Source: Candidatus Obscuribacteraceae bacterium
GTDB taxonomy: Bacteria > Cyanobacteriota > Vampirovibrionia > Obscuribacterales > Obscuribacteraceae
Direction of reading: 5' to 3'
DNA: 64,000 nt
Assembly: GCA_044226015.1 (NCBI GenBank)
Contig: JBGAHS010000005.1
Location: forward strand, 32,001-96,000
Under the pieces are notes generated by a model. It ran no database searches and was not told the DNA's origin. It saw only the letters and a list, made by a program, of their open reading frames with translations. The position numbers and the translations under genes were made by a program. Each line of letters opens with the position of its first letter. The first letter of the stretch is position 1. This document shows positions 8,555-17,331 of this stretch, piece after piece.

Positions 8555-9886
8555 TTAGATCAAGAGTAGTTCATCATCCGGAGGAAAAATACCTGATATC
8601 AAATTCCCGCGAATACTAATTTTAGCAACAACATCATCCTCAACTATCTTCATTTTTACAGCGGCGTCTTCGATAACCCCATGTGTAAATATTCCTGATT
8701 CAAGTGTTCGACAAGTGACTTCCGCAATCCCCCCATCAGTCTCTGTTACTGGAAAGAAAAAATCGCCTGCGTGATAAGCATAACAACCGTCGAAGTTGTA
8801 AACAATTCCATTCAAAGTTAAAACTTGGTTTGGTTGATTGTACGACACGCCACCAATTTGAGTGTTCAAAGAGAATTTGTATTTTGAATTTTTTGTCGAT
8901 TCTCTAGCTACGATCCGAACGAAATGGACAATTCGGAATGAAAGGTCAGGAAAATGTACCACCCTTGGTTGATAGAGCACGAAACCATCGCATCCAGGCA
9001 GTTCTGTGTTGAGTAACTGTCGCGCAAAATCCTCCAATTCGGCAATTGACGCAGTTTGATGCAGTCGCATAAAAACCATCAATCCTTCTGCCGCAGTGCG
9101 TGCAGGAATTTGTTCCTTCATATTTAGCATCGCTTCGTTGAGCTTTTGCTTAAGGTTATTTTGTTCATTTGAGTGGTATTGGCAGGCGAAAACAAATAGA
9201 TCGGAATAATAATGCTTGGAAAAATCGCCATAACTCGTATGCAAGCTGCTTATGGAAGCGACTAAGCCAGGTGCCACCTCTGATTTCATACAATCGATTT
9301 TTTCTTGGGAAACATCTGAGAAAAATCCTCGCAATAGCTTCCATTCACAGTCCCGCAGATTTTCTTTAGAAAAAATACCAATGGAGCGATTGGTAAAGTT
9401 CGCAGAGAATAGAGAGGTGCAATATTCTCTAAGCTCCTTACACGATTGCCGAAAGTTACGCTCTTTATTGGACATGCCATGATTTTTAATAGATATAAAA
9501 ACCTTATGACCGTCAGAAAAACAAACCGTTGCGTCAAAGCCCGGATAGCATTCTGTTGCGGGAATAATTTCCATTCCGCCTGCGGCAAACATAGACAAGC
9601 AGCGTAACTCGAATAAATCACCGCGCGATTGCGGATATAAGTACTTTATTTTCCGTATCCTCTCGCTCGTCCACTGCGGCGATTTCGCAAGCATTAAGAC
9701 CAGATCTGAACCGAATGTCACCAACTCCATAATGGCGAGCTGATCATTTCTCATCCAGAGCTGCTGAAGTGGATGCCGTCCAGGCTCTTCCAACCAAGCA
9801 CGATCGAAAGTCTCAACTATAGCAGCCAGGAAATCCTGACATTTATTTTGATCTAACTCGGACAAAAATTCGGTATTTTTGTACAT
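8555..9886 (-). CDS. hypothetical protein, possible PD-(D/E)XK-like nuclease
   Basis: 443 aa, AT-rich by eye; GDLFELRC...PGFDATVCF...VFISIKNH resembles the E..D..(E/S)xK core. Confidence 0.5.
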   Translation of the reverse strand: MYKNTEFLSELDQNKCQDFLAAIVETFDRAWLEEPGRHPLQQLWMRNDQLAIMELVTFGSDLVLMLAKSPQWTSERIRKIKYLYPQSRGDLFELRCLSMFAAGGMEIIPATECYPGFDATVCFSDGHKVFISIKNHGMSNKERNFRQSCKELREYCTSLFSANFTNRSIGIFSKENLRDCEWKLLRGFFSDVSQEKIDCMKSEVAPGLVASISSLHTSYGDFSKHYYSDLFVFACQYHSNEQNNLKQKLNEAMLNMKEQIPARTAAEGLMVFMRLHQTASIAELEDFARQLLNTELPGCDGFVLYQPRVVHFPDLSFRIVHFVRIVARESTKNSKYKFSLNTQIGGVSYNQPNQVLTLNGIVYNFDGCYAYHAGDFFFPVTETDGGIAEVTCRTLESGIFTHGVIEDAAVKMKIVEDDVVAKISIRGNLISGIFPPDDELLLI

Positions 9887-10590
9887 CGAATTACCTCGGT
9901 CGAAAATAGATTTTTCTGATTTGAATCACTGGCTATCCACTCAATTTTTCGTCCGACTCAAGTTAGATAGCCATCGGGGTTACCGCTCAACAACGTGCGG
10001 TAGTTCAAGTGACTGTGCGGAATTTCTGTATTTTAATCGTTCCTCCCTCTTGCTGAAAGGTCTTGCGCCTTTTCCAGAACTGACCGTTTTTCATTTCTCC
10101 AAGGTCTTAGTCTGCAAATCCAATCCAGTCCTTCTGATCCTGAAGAGCGGTTCAACAAACGAAGCTCTGCATACAGCGCGGTCATTCCATGCCGGAAGTC
10201 CCTCAAATCAGTAATTGCTAACCAGACGACGCACAATTGAACCGTTCTTTCTTCTCCACAGCAGCAGTCAGCAACCCAATCCTGAGGAATGGCTGCTCTG
10301 AGGCTGTTGCAGCCCGTTCTCCAAGTTCGGGTCAATAAGAACGGACTTGCGGAATTCTTGGATAAACTCAGCTAAAGTTAGTGCATTCGAGATACTTATT
10401 TTAATGGAAGCAAACTTGTTGCTAGCCGTCATGCTCCGCTCCCCTCGATAGAATGCCATGATATGGCAACTATTTAAGAAAATCTTCTTTGCATCGGGTC
10501 GATTTAGAATTAGAACCAGGTTGATGCTAATGAACTCAAATAAATTCCTTATCAGGGAATTTTGTGTTCAGTAATTTTGAAGGAGCCAGA

Positions 10591-12024
10591 ATGTTTGAAA
10601 TTGACTCTCCCATATCGAACGAATCGCAGGATCGCTATAGTCGAGTGAAAATTGCAAGACAGCTCGGGAAGGCTTTAGGCACCTGGCAAGACAAAGATGG
10701 AGCGTTAGTAGTGGCAGTCTACGGCCCGTGGGGAAGTGGAAAAACTTCTTTGAAAAATCTGACGCTCAATTTCCTGGATGAAGGTTTCAAAGTAAAAGAG
10801 TTCAATCCTTGGATGTGTAAGGGAGTCGAGCAAATTACAGAACAGTTCTTTGAAACATTGATTTCAGCAATTGATAGCCAGGAAGAAAACGATAGAAAGC
10901 AAATTATCTTAAAAAAAGACGCCAAGAGAGAAATGAAGCGATTCTCAACGCGACTAAAGCCTCTTACAGAATTGGTAAACCTATCTAGAAACATTGGAAG
11001 ATTTTGGATCTTAGCACTGCCAGCTATTGTTGCAGCATTTCCGGAACATAAAGAACAGCTCCTTTCGCTAAGCATGGTTGCGAATTTTGCGCATTCTCAC
11101 GAAAAGGTTGAAAAAGACCCAGTCTTTGGCAAAGAGGGGTTGTCCGAATCAGCAGCTCAGACTCTAGAGTCTGCCACAGAATTGTTTGAGTCCTGGTCGA
11201 AGTCCGACAGCGATGATGAGGGTGCTGAGCACAATCTTGTAGATGTGTACAATCGATTAAAGGGACTGCTGAAAAATTTACCAAATAAAATGCTAGTTGT
11301 TCTTGATGATATTGATAGACTTTCACCTGAAGAAATTCGTGCACTGTTTCAAATGATAAAAGCTAACAGCGATTTTCCGAACCTGGTCTTTTTAATTCTC
11401 TGCGATCGATCATATGTGCAGCATTGCCTCGCGGATGTTCTTCCTAAAGAGTTAAATAATGCAGAGCCATGTGGACAAAATTTTCTAGACAAGATTGTGC
11501 ATTGTGGAGTGCCGGTTCCAGTTTATGGTCCAGACTTGATCCGAAAAGATTCCCATAGGTTCTATGAATTCATGGCTAAATATGATGGCGAATTTAGCAG
11601 GCAACAGTTCGATAAGTCCCTAGAAATGGTAGCACCGTATTTACGCACTCCTAGAAACTTCATCAGGTTCAAGACAGCGGTAAAATTTCAGGCAGTGTTG
11701 CTAACGAGTGAGACTGGACCCGTCTTAGATTTTGAAGATCTACTTCTAGTGGAGGCTCTGCGCATATTCGAACCGTCCCTGCATGAGCAGATTGGAGCAC
11801 ATCAATCTGCTATTTTTTCCAATCAGGCAACGACAGCGCTCAATTCCCTTGAAGGATTTGTCCGCAATGAGAGAAAAGATACAATTAGGAAAGTTCTTCA
11901 AAAACTCTTTCCAATCTACGACCAGCGAGTGTTTAACAAAAGAACAGAACGAAAACTCTACTGTTTGCCAGTTTTTGAACGATACTATTTCGGAATGGAT
12001 GAAAGTACCCGATTCGGTGATTGA
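10591..12024 (+). CDS. KAP-family P-loop NTPase
   Basis: Walker A GPWGSGKTS, FNPW, hydrophobic insert, Walker B VVLDDIDRL, FLDKIV, TPR(NFIRF), FERYYF; GAAGGAG RBS favours ATG 10591 (track start 10564). Confidence 0.9.
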   Translation: MFEIDSPISNESQDRYSRVKIARQLGKALGTWQDKDGALVVAVYGPWGSGKTSLKNLTLNFLDEGFKVKEFNPWMCKGVEQITEQFFETLISAIDSQEENDRKQIILKKDAKREMKRFSTRLKPLTELVNLSRNIGRFWILALPAIVAAFPEHKEQLLSLSMVANFAHSHEKVEKDPVFGKEGLSESAAQTLESATELFESWSKSDSDDEGAEHNLVDVYNRLKGLLKNLPNKMLVVLDDIDRLSPEEIRALFQMIKANSDFPNLVFLILCDRSYVQHCLADVLPKELNNAEPCGQNFLDKIVHCGVPVPVYGPDLIRKDSHRFYEFMAKYDGEFSRQQFDKSLEMVAPYLRTPRNFIRFKTAVKFQAVLLTSETGPVLDFEDLLLVEALRIFEPSLHEQIGAHQSAIFSNQATTALNSLEGFVRNERKDTIRKVLQKLFPIYDQRVFNKRTERKLYCLPVFERYYFGMDESTRFGD

Positions 12025-12060
12025 GTGCCTTGATTTGAAGAATATGGACCTCCAGCCGAC

Positions 12061-12086
12061 TGAGCTTTCCCCAGTTTAACGGACAG
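12061..12086 (+). mobile_element. isolated IS3-like terminal inverted-repeat remnant
   Basis: TGAGCTTTCCCCAGTTTAACGGACAG resembles the reverse complement of the 8460-8485 end (TGACGTGCCCCCCTCTTTGCGCGGAC). Confidence 0.4.
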
Positions 12087-12153
12087 TAATTAGAGCAAAG
12101 TTGTCTCCGTGACGATTAAAAAAGGCTGATTAGAAGGATCAAGGAGGTGCTCA

Positions 12154-13422
12154 GTGGAGGAGCAAGTGCAAGTACATCCCGTAGACATATTCAACCGCAA
12201 TTCACCAGACTTGTACCAGTTCCTGGAGCATCGAAAAAATGAAGCTCGCGATTGGATTCACAAATTGAGCGACGATATGTTGCTGAATGGGGATGAGTCC
12301 CTCACCAAAGTCATTGAAACTTTTGAAATTGACCCACTAGTATTGGACTTTGATTCTGCTGAGGTAGTCGACCAAGGATCGGTCAAAATAAATGTACGGC
12401 ACGATCATAGATTCATGATTTGGGACGATGAATTTACCGACAGAGAACCGCTCGCAGATGGGCATTACATTACCTTCGCAATTCCGTACAAAGGCTGGTC
12501 AAAGCTGTTTCTGTTCCAATCCCAAAATTTTGTAAGAGGCGAACTGAAGGCGGCTATATATCGCTCCGAGATCCATGTGAGAGTTCAGGATGCTGTTGAA
12601 TTCACTGAAGAATCTCTTTCCCGTCTGCAGCAAGACTACTTCTCAGGAATTAAGCGTTGTGCTATCGGGGTGGCGAACCAAGTAATCGGATTCAATCAAT
12701 GGTTGCGAACTGAGGCTACAACGGAGATCGAAGAACGGCGCCGCGTTTCAGAAGACCGCCACGGATTGGTTGCGAATCTTGGCTTTAAGATGCGCAAGAG
12801 GCAAGGACATCCGACTAATGTTAGCCAACCTATTGTCAGGAAAAAATTATCGGCTTTCGATCAAATGAAAGCTGGCGTCAAGTCTGACTCACTAGATTTG
12901 GAAATCTACGACGAAATCTTGTCCATTTGCAGAAATATGGCCCTAGTTATGGAACTTAGTCCGAGTGCATTTGCAGAATTGGAGGAAGAACATTTACGTT
13001 TTCACTTCCTCGTTCAGCTAAATGCTGTCTATGAAGGGCAAGCCACAGGAGAAACATTCAACCTCCATGGCAAAACAGACATCATCATTAAACATGGTGG
13101 ACGGAATCTCTTTGTTGGTGAATGCAAATATTGGAACGGAGAAGCAGCATACAAAGAAGCTATTGACCAGCTGATTGGACGTTATGTCACTTGGCGCGAC
13201 ACAAGGTCCGCAATAATTGTGTTCAACCGAAACAAGGGATTCACCTCGGTGCTTAAGAAAATCAAAGAGCAAACAATTAAACATGAGTGCTGCTTGGAGC
13301 AATTGGAATACCAACATGACGCAGCCTACAGATTCATGTTCGCGCACAAGGACGATCCCGAGCGCACCTTTCTGCTAACGGTTCTGGCGTTTGATATCCC
13401 CGCAGTTGTCGAGACGACATAA
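12154..13422 (+). CDS. protein with C-terminal PD-(D/E)XK (restriction-endonuclease-fold) nuclease domain
   Basis: AAGGAGG RBS before GTG; EEEHLRFHFL...GETFNLHGKTDIIIKHGGRNLFVGECKYW gives the E..D..ExK core. Confidence 0.75.
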   Translation: MEEQVQVHPVDIFNRNSPDLYQFLEHRKNEARDWIHKLSDDMLLNGDESLTKVIETFEIDPLVLDFDSAEVVDQGSVKINVRHDHRFMIWDDEFTDREPLADGHYITFAIPYKGWSKLFLFQSQNFVRGELKAAIYRSEIHVRVQDAVEFTEESLSRLQQDYFSGIKRCAIGVANQVIGFNQWLRTEATTEIEERRRVSEDRHGLVANLGFKMRKRQGHPTNVSQPIVRKKLSAFDQMKAGVKSDSLDLEIYDEILSICRNMALVMELSPSAFAELEEEHLRFHFLVQLNAVYEGQATGETFNLHGKTDIIIKHGGRNLFVGECKYWNGEAAYKEAIDQLIGRYVTWRDTRSAIIVFNRNKGFTSVLKKIKEQTIKHECCLEQLEYQHDAAYRFMFAHKDDPERTFLLTVLAFDIPAVVETT

Positions 13423-13499
13423 CTGCTCGCGTTAGCAAAATTGCGACCCTTTTTGAACCTCAGCCTTCCTCGGAAGATTACTAAGGCAAATCAGTGTAA

Positions 13500-13641
13500 C
13501 ATCGGCGCCGCTTCAAAGGACAAGCTAAGGGCGCAATACCAAACTTGGAGCCGATTGAATTATTCGAACAATTTTGTTGTGATAGAGAATTGCTCTCAAT
13601 TTCACCCCGATGAACCGGCTTGGGTCATAATAGATTGCTGA
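13500..13641 (+). pseudogene. possible C-terminal remnant of an alpha/beta hydrolase
   Basis: SNNFVVIENCSQFHPDEPAWVII resembles the hydrolase tail S-x-x-(H)VV-x-x-SGHxIxxDEPxxV; no upstream body. Confidence 0.3.
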
Positions 13642-13929
13642 TTCAGCCGATACTCTTTCACTTCGTCCCATGCTCCCGAATGTAGCGCCATTAAAGCCTT
13701 TAGCTTTTCTTTAAGCCGCTCTTTTTGCTGGTTGTTTCTATCTGAAAACATGAATTAGCAAACAATCATTTATGATGCTCTATCAATCGCGACGCGGTAT
13801 AGCAGATTTGTGCTGTAATCATCAGGGCTAAAGAACTACTCGATGGGCAAACCTATAATCAGGTTGAAGGTATGAATCACCTGAATTTCAAACAAATTGA
13901 ATCTGTGCAATGTACTCCCAGTCTATGTG

Positions 13930-14622
13930 CTACTTGCCGGTGTTCATGTCTCGCAGCGCCCTACCTGGAGTTTTCCAGAGTTCTGGGTCGGTTATCCATT
14001 CACGTTTGTCAACACCGGGTTTGAAGTCCTTTAGAAGAGGAAGGAAGACGTCCGACATGTGTTCATTCCGCGTAAAAATAGTTCTGGGTGTGCCAGAGAT
14101 CGTAATCTCTTTTGTGACTGGGTCTTGGCTAACTCTGACTCCGTTGAAATAGCGAACATCATGACCATCTGGCACGGGTGGGTGTGCTTCTAATACTGCG
14201 GGATGTCGCACCAAAACTGGTGAACCGTCCGCTGCGACATTGCGACTAATGGAAAGATTATCTCCGAGAGAAACTCGAACTGGTGAACCGTCCGGCGTAA
14301 TATTTCGGCTCGTATAAGCACCCGGATGATGCATCTCAGTTCTCAGCGCATCTCGCATTTCTCCAGTTGCTAGCGTGGCTTCTGTCTCAGCTCCCAGAAC
14401 CTTTCCTCCGCGTGCCAGAGCCTTAATTCCTAGACCACAAACTATAGTCGCGCCAGCAATGACTGCTAAAGTTGTGGAATTCTCCTTCAGTAAATTGAAT
14501 GCTTGCTCGGCAAGAGAGGATGGTGGTTCGGCTTGCTTTGACGCTAATTCGTTCTTGCTGAGCGCGAAGAGTTCAGTCATTTGATTTCCTCTGGCGAAAC
14601 GTATTTGTTTCACCTTATTCAA
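13930..14622 (-). CDS. hypothetical protein with hydrophobic segment and short internal duplication
   Basis: 230 aa (real start may be MTELF); LAVIAGATIVCGLGI; SRNITPDGSPVRV / SRNVAADGSPVLV. Confidence 0.6.
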   Translation of the reverse strand: MNKVKQIRFARGNQMTELFALSKNELASKQAEPPSSLAEQAFNLLKENSTTLAVIAGATIVCGLGIKALARGGKVLGAETEATLATGEMRDALRTEMHHPGAYTSRNITPDGSPVRVSLGDNLSISRNVAADGSPVLVRHPAVLEAHPPVPDGHDVRYFNGVRVSQDPVTKEITISGTPRTIFTRNEHMSDVFLPLLKDFKPGVDKREWITDPELWKTPGRALRDMNTGK

Positions 14623-14734
14623 TGAGGCATAAATTTATTGTGAAATGACTCTACAGATATGTGCAAGAATGAGCTTTAACCAGCGTAAAACTACGAGGTC
14701 ATCCGGTATTTTGAATTGCTGCATCATCAGCAAT

Positions 14735-15046
14735 TTAGCTCATCATGTCCATTCTAATTTTCTTGAGCTCAAACTCGACTTTGTCTATCGCTTCCCGAAT
14801 AGTTTTCAAATCCTTTTCCAGAGCTTCTATTTTTCGTCCCAGGTTTTGGTCGCTTGCTTTCAGCTCGTCTAGAGCGCGGAGAAGCTGCTCTTCCTGTGTA
14901 CGAAGCCCTGATTTCTCAGGGTTCAGTCGAAAGCGATTTTGTGGTTCGCGCTCTGGGTCAATTCTAAACTGTGCCTGTTCTGCTGCAAGAACCGGGCAAA
15001 ACAATGAGGTGAATAATACTGCTAGCAAAATGTATTTTGCTTTCAT
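14735..15046 (-). CDS. small secreted coiled-coil protein
   Basis: signal peptide MKAKYILLAVLFTSLFCPVLA; heptad-rich C-terminus; 1-nt overlap with upstream gene. Confidence 0.7.
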   Translation of the reverse strand: MKAKYILLAVLFTSLFCPVLAAEQAQFRIDPEREPQNRFRLNPEKSGLRTQEEQLLRALDELKASDQNLGRKIEALEKDLKTIREAIDKVEFELKKIRMDMMS

Positions 15047-15756
15047 TAGATCTCACTGAAATCTATGTTGATTGGATCTTCAGGCAAGCGATCTGGCGCT
15101 GGGGCTATGTTTGTGCTTGCCACGTCTTTGCCTACTGCTTCGAGATTTAGTTGGTTCGCCCATACTTTTCCAGCGTCAAACAATAGGAATCCAAAGAGAA
15201 TCGCTTTGGCATCATCAGGCACATCCACAACACAACTATATTTTGTCCAGTCGGTGGTACCTTTTACTGGGCGCTTCTCCATGTTGTCGAATTCCAACAT
15301 TTTGTGGTCGCTACCATCTACTCTCACCCAGAGTCCGGCAGAGTCTTTCACGTTTTCAGTTCTTAGCCATCCTGAAAATCGGATGCGTTTTCCCAAGAAT
15401 TTTTTTGCGGAGATGGCTTGTCTCAGTGTTCCCAGACCATCCACTTTTTCTACTCTCGATTTGATGAAGGCACATGGTTTGCCCTCACGAATCATCTGGC
15501 GATCGATCCCAAAATCAAATTTGTCTGGTTGATCACCTTTGATCATCCAGCCTTTGCTAATAAGAGGACCGGCGCTCGAGCCCGAGCTGGTTTGTTCTTC
15601 TGCCGCGCATAATGGAAGACCTGCCATGAGCGCGAGCATAATTATTGCAAACAGTTTGCAAAAGGAAATCCATAGATTCATTTTTTCCCTGCCCAAAAGG
15701 AAAATGTGCCCAACCAGATTTTGTTGAAGAAACTTTCCCGTTTCTTCATTTAACAT
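15046..15756 (-). CDS. secreted galactose-binding/CBM-like beta-sandwich domain protein
   Basis: GKRIRFSGWLRTENV, AGLWVRVDG, FDNMEKRPVKGTTDWTKY, FGFLLFDAGKVW; likely start ATG 15681 (MNLW) with signal peptide. Confidence 0.7.
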   Translation of the reverse strand: MLNEETGKFLQQNLVGHIFLLGREKMNLWISFCKLFAIIMLALMAGLPLCAAEEQTSSGSSAGPLISKGWMIKGDQPDKFDFGIDRQMIREGKPCAFIKSRVEKVDGLGTLRQAISAKKFLGKRIRFSGWLRTENVKDSAGLWVRVDGSDHKMLEFDNMEKRPVKGTTDWTKYSCVVDVPDDAKAILFGFLLFDAGKVWANQLNLEAVGKDVASTNIAPAPDRLPEDPINIDFSEI

Positions 15757-15938
15757 GCCACCTATAGCCTAAAGCGTGTGTGAGTAGTAGTAACTGGTGC
15801 AAAGTGAATTAGAAAACGATGCGATTAACATAGTGTGACTGCACATTTATTCAGTTGGAGGAAAATGGTTCGGTTCAATCTTTTATTTGGCCATTCTTTT
15901 CATCAACGTTTTCTTCTATTCGGAGTTATCTCATGGGA

Positions 15939-16050
15939 CCTTCCATGCTTTGATCCTTGTATCCGCTTCCATGCTTTGATCCTTGCATTCCCTTCCATAC
16001 GATAATGCTTGAATCCGTTAAATAACTCCTTGCATGCCTTGAGCCTTCCA
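15939..16050. repeat. short degenerate tandem repeat (~26-bp unit, about 3 copies)
   Basis: CTTCCATGCTTTGATCCTTG occurs twice exactly, then degenerates. Confidence 0.7.
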
Positions 16051-16132
16051 GTCGGTTTGCTCACTGAGATCTGAAGGGTCCCCTAATATTTTGGACCCCG
16101 AAGTAATTAGATCTGTGGAGAGGTATGTTCAT

Positions 16133-16860
16133 ATGCAACGGTCAACGTTATCTAAATGCATACGCGCTGCTCTGGTGAGTTTGCTCATTGCAGCTCCGAT
16201 TCTTTCGATAGCGTGGATGATGTACGCTGTCTCTTGGGATTATTTACTTGGAATACGTGGCATCAGCGCAGCATTTTCATTCTTGAGACCATACGGAAGC
16301 GCAATAGCAATTTCAGGATGGGCAATTTTTGTTGGACTGGTAGCCATTTTTCCGCTTTGGCTCAATGATGTTAGCAAGTTGATTTCTGAGCGAAGTTCGT
16401 TGCCATTTTCGGCTCAACGCGCAGCATTCTCATTCTTTGTGCCGCTTCAACAAATTGGTCTGCCTTACCAAATATTCAAATCGCTTTGTTTTCGTTTGAA
16501 TCGCAGACTGGGCGCTGATGCTCTTTTGATTTCATGGTCGATAGCCTGGGTAGTCATGCTTGCAGCAGGAATCGCTTACGCGCTGACTGACCTGTTTCAC
16601 ATTCATTCACCTCACATAATCTTATTGTGCTCTGGGTCTACGGTTCTGCTTCATTGTTCTGCTCTTTAAGTTTGCTGATTGTCAGCCGCATCGAAACAGC
16701 CCTAAACACCAAGTGGGGTTATTGCAATGAGCTTTCTTTGGCTAACTCGCCCATAGATGCATTGTTCCAAAAGGCACAAGCGGAACTTTCGACAGCCGTG
16801 GGCGATGATGAGGGAGTGCGCGTTAGTCTGAGTTACTCTTGCAATCACCATTTGGCATAG
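16133..16860 (+). pseudogene. multi-pass membrane protein (DUF4328-like) split by a frameshift near 16630-16665
   Basis: GGAGAGG RBS before ATG 16133; AAFSFFVPLQQIGLPYQIFK motif; overlapping ORFs 16091-16669 and 16627-16860 continue one hydrophobic protein. Confidence 0.45.
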
Positions 16861-17102
16861 TTCATTGGAGCTTTCCTTATTTACTCTTGCAATGGCATAG
16901 TTCATTGAGCTTTCCTGATATTGCAGAATTTGGGATCGAGTTTTGCTTTCGGCTGTCAGAGCATTAATCTAGGCTGCCGGAGCATTTAATCTCATGCTGA
17001 AGCATTCAATCTCATGCTGAAGATCCTTTTAGCCCAAGCCAGTGCAATTGGGTTCAAGCCGCGAGTTCATGGTGTAAGCTCGCTCCAGAGCATTTAATCT
17101 CT
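16853..17102. repeat. intergenic short direct repeats
   Basis: TGGCATAGTTCATTG(G)AGCTTTCCT x2 (16853-16917); AGCATT(T/C)AATCT-type unit x4 (16960-17102). Confidence 0.7.
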
Positions 17103-17331
17103 ATTTCCGGCTTTGTCGGCGATATTCTCGTCGCGCATATCAAAATGCCTTTCCGGTAACTAGTTGGTAATTGTTGCTGTTTCAGTTCTTTTGGAGGGCA
17201 GGCAAAAAATGTAGTCAAGAATACAATTTAGCACAGGAAATCTGCTTAATGCGGTAAGATCGTGACGCTTTGGTAATCTGCATTGGGTCAGAGGACCGGA
17301 ACGTTCTTTTTTAGCTTTGGAGTGTAATGGA

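Noticed and set aside
9879..10459. Short ORFs between the divergent island genes
   Set aside because: Mutually overlapping, no RBS or motif recognised; may be decayed sequence
6646..17300. Integrase or attR copy of the tRNA 3' end bounding the island
   Set aside because: No recombinase motifs and no convincing repeat of the tRNA 3' end found by eye; island right boundary undefined
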